Below, piece by piece: positions 63,795 through 64,000 of a stretch of 64,000 nucleotides of DNA. The position numbers and the translations under genes were made by a program. The stretch covers positions 180,110,001 through 180,174,000 of the forward strand of contig NC_042998.1 in NCBI RefSeq assembly GCF_006345805.1, given 5' to 3'. The notes under the pieces were generated by a model. That model saw only the letters and a program-made list of their open reading frames with translations, had not been told where the DNA came from and did not search any database. Origin of the DNA: Octopus sinensis. Taxonomy: Eukaryota. Each line of letters opens with the position of its first letter. The first letter of the stretch is position 1.

Positions 63795-64000
63795 GAGTTT
63801 TACGTAAAGTTCATAAAGTTCCAAGGCTTCAGACGTCGTGGTGTATTGGAGCGATTTTCTATCAACAAAAGGGTCCAGAGTAATCCTTAGGCAGGAGACC
63901 TGCAGCCGGAGTGTAGAAAGTCCAAAAGAGAATCTGTAAAGGGTAGAGAGGTAGAAAGTCCAGTAGAGAAGTTCGTGGGTGATGAGAGGAGACAGGATGT

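Overview
AT-rich, microsatellite-dense eukaryotic DNA. The SINE and mini-element repertoire looks like an octopod cephalopod (Octopus-like); this is recognised from memory, not from a database search. I found no convincing host protein-coding gene, so the window reads as intergenic or deep intronic, and nearly all listed ORFs are simple-repeat artefacts. The real content is mobile DNA. (1) A near-intact ~4 kb R4/Dong-clade non-LTR retrotransposon (RT plus restriction-like endonuclease) sits in (TAA)n at 48566-52560 (-); all its frame breaks fall in short A runs. (2) A ~560 bp non-coding element without a tRNA head also sits in (TAA)n (3 copies). (3) Penelope-like element (PLE) debris includes one RT/GIY-YIG piece with a 5' inversion and nine minimal hammerhead-ribozyme-like motifs, mostly beside (TA)n, two pairs of them in fold-back palindromes. 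(4) A 5S rRNA copy is fused to the 3' stem-loop tail of a CR1-like LINE, a candidate 5S-derived SINE or chimera. (5) There are several tRNA-derived SINE families, decayed mariner/Tc1 elements and MITEs, non-autonomous Helitrons, a split Helentron-associated (HINE-like) element, and older R4 and CR1 fragments.
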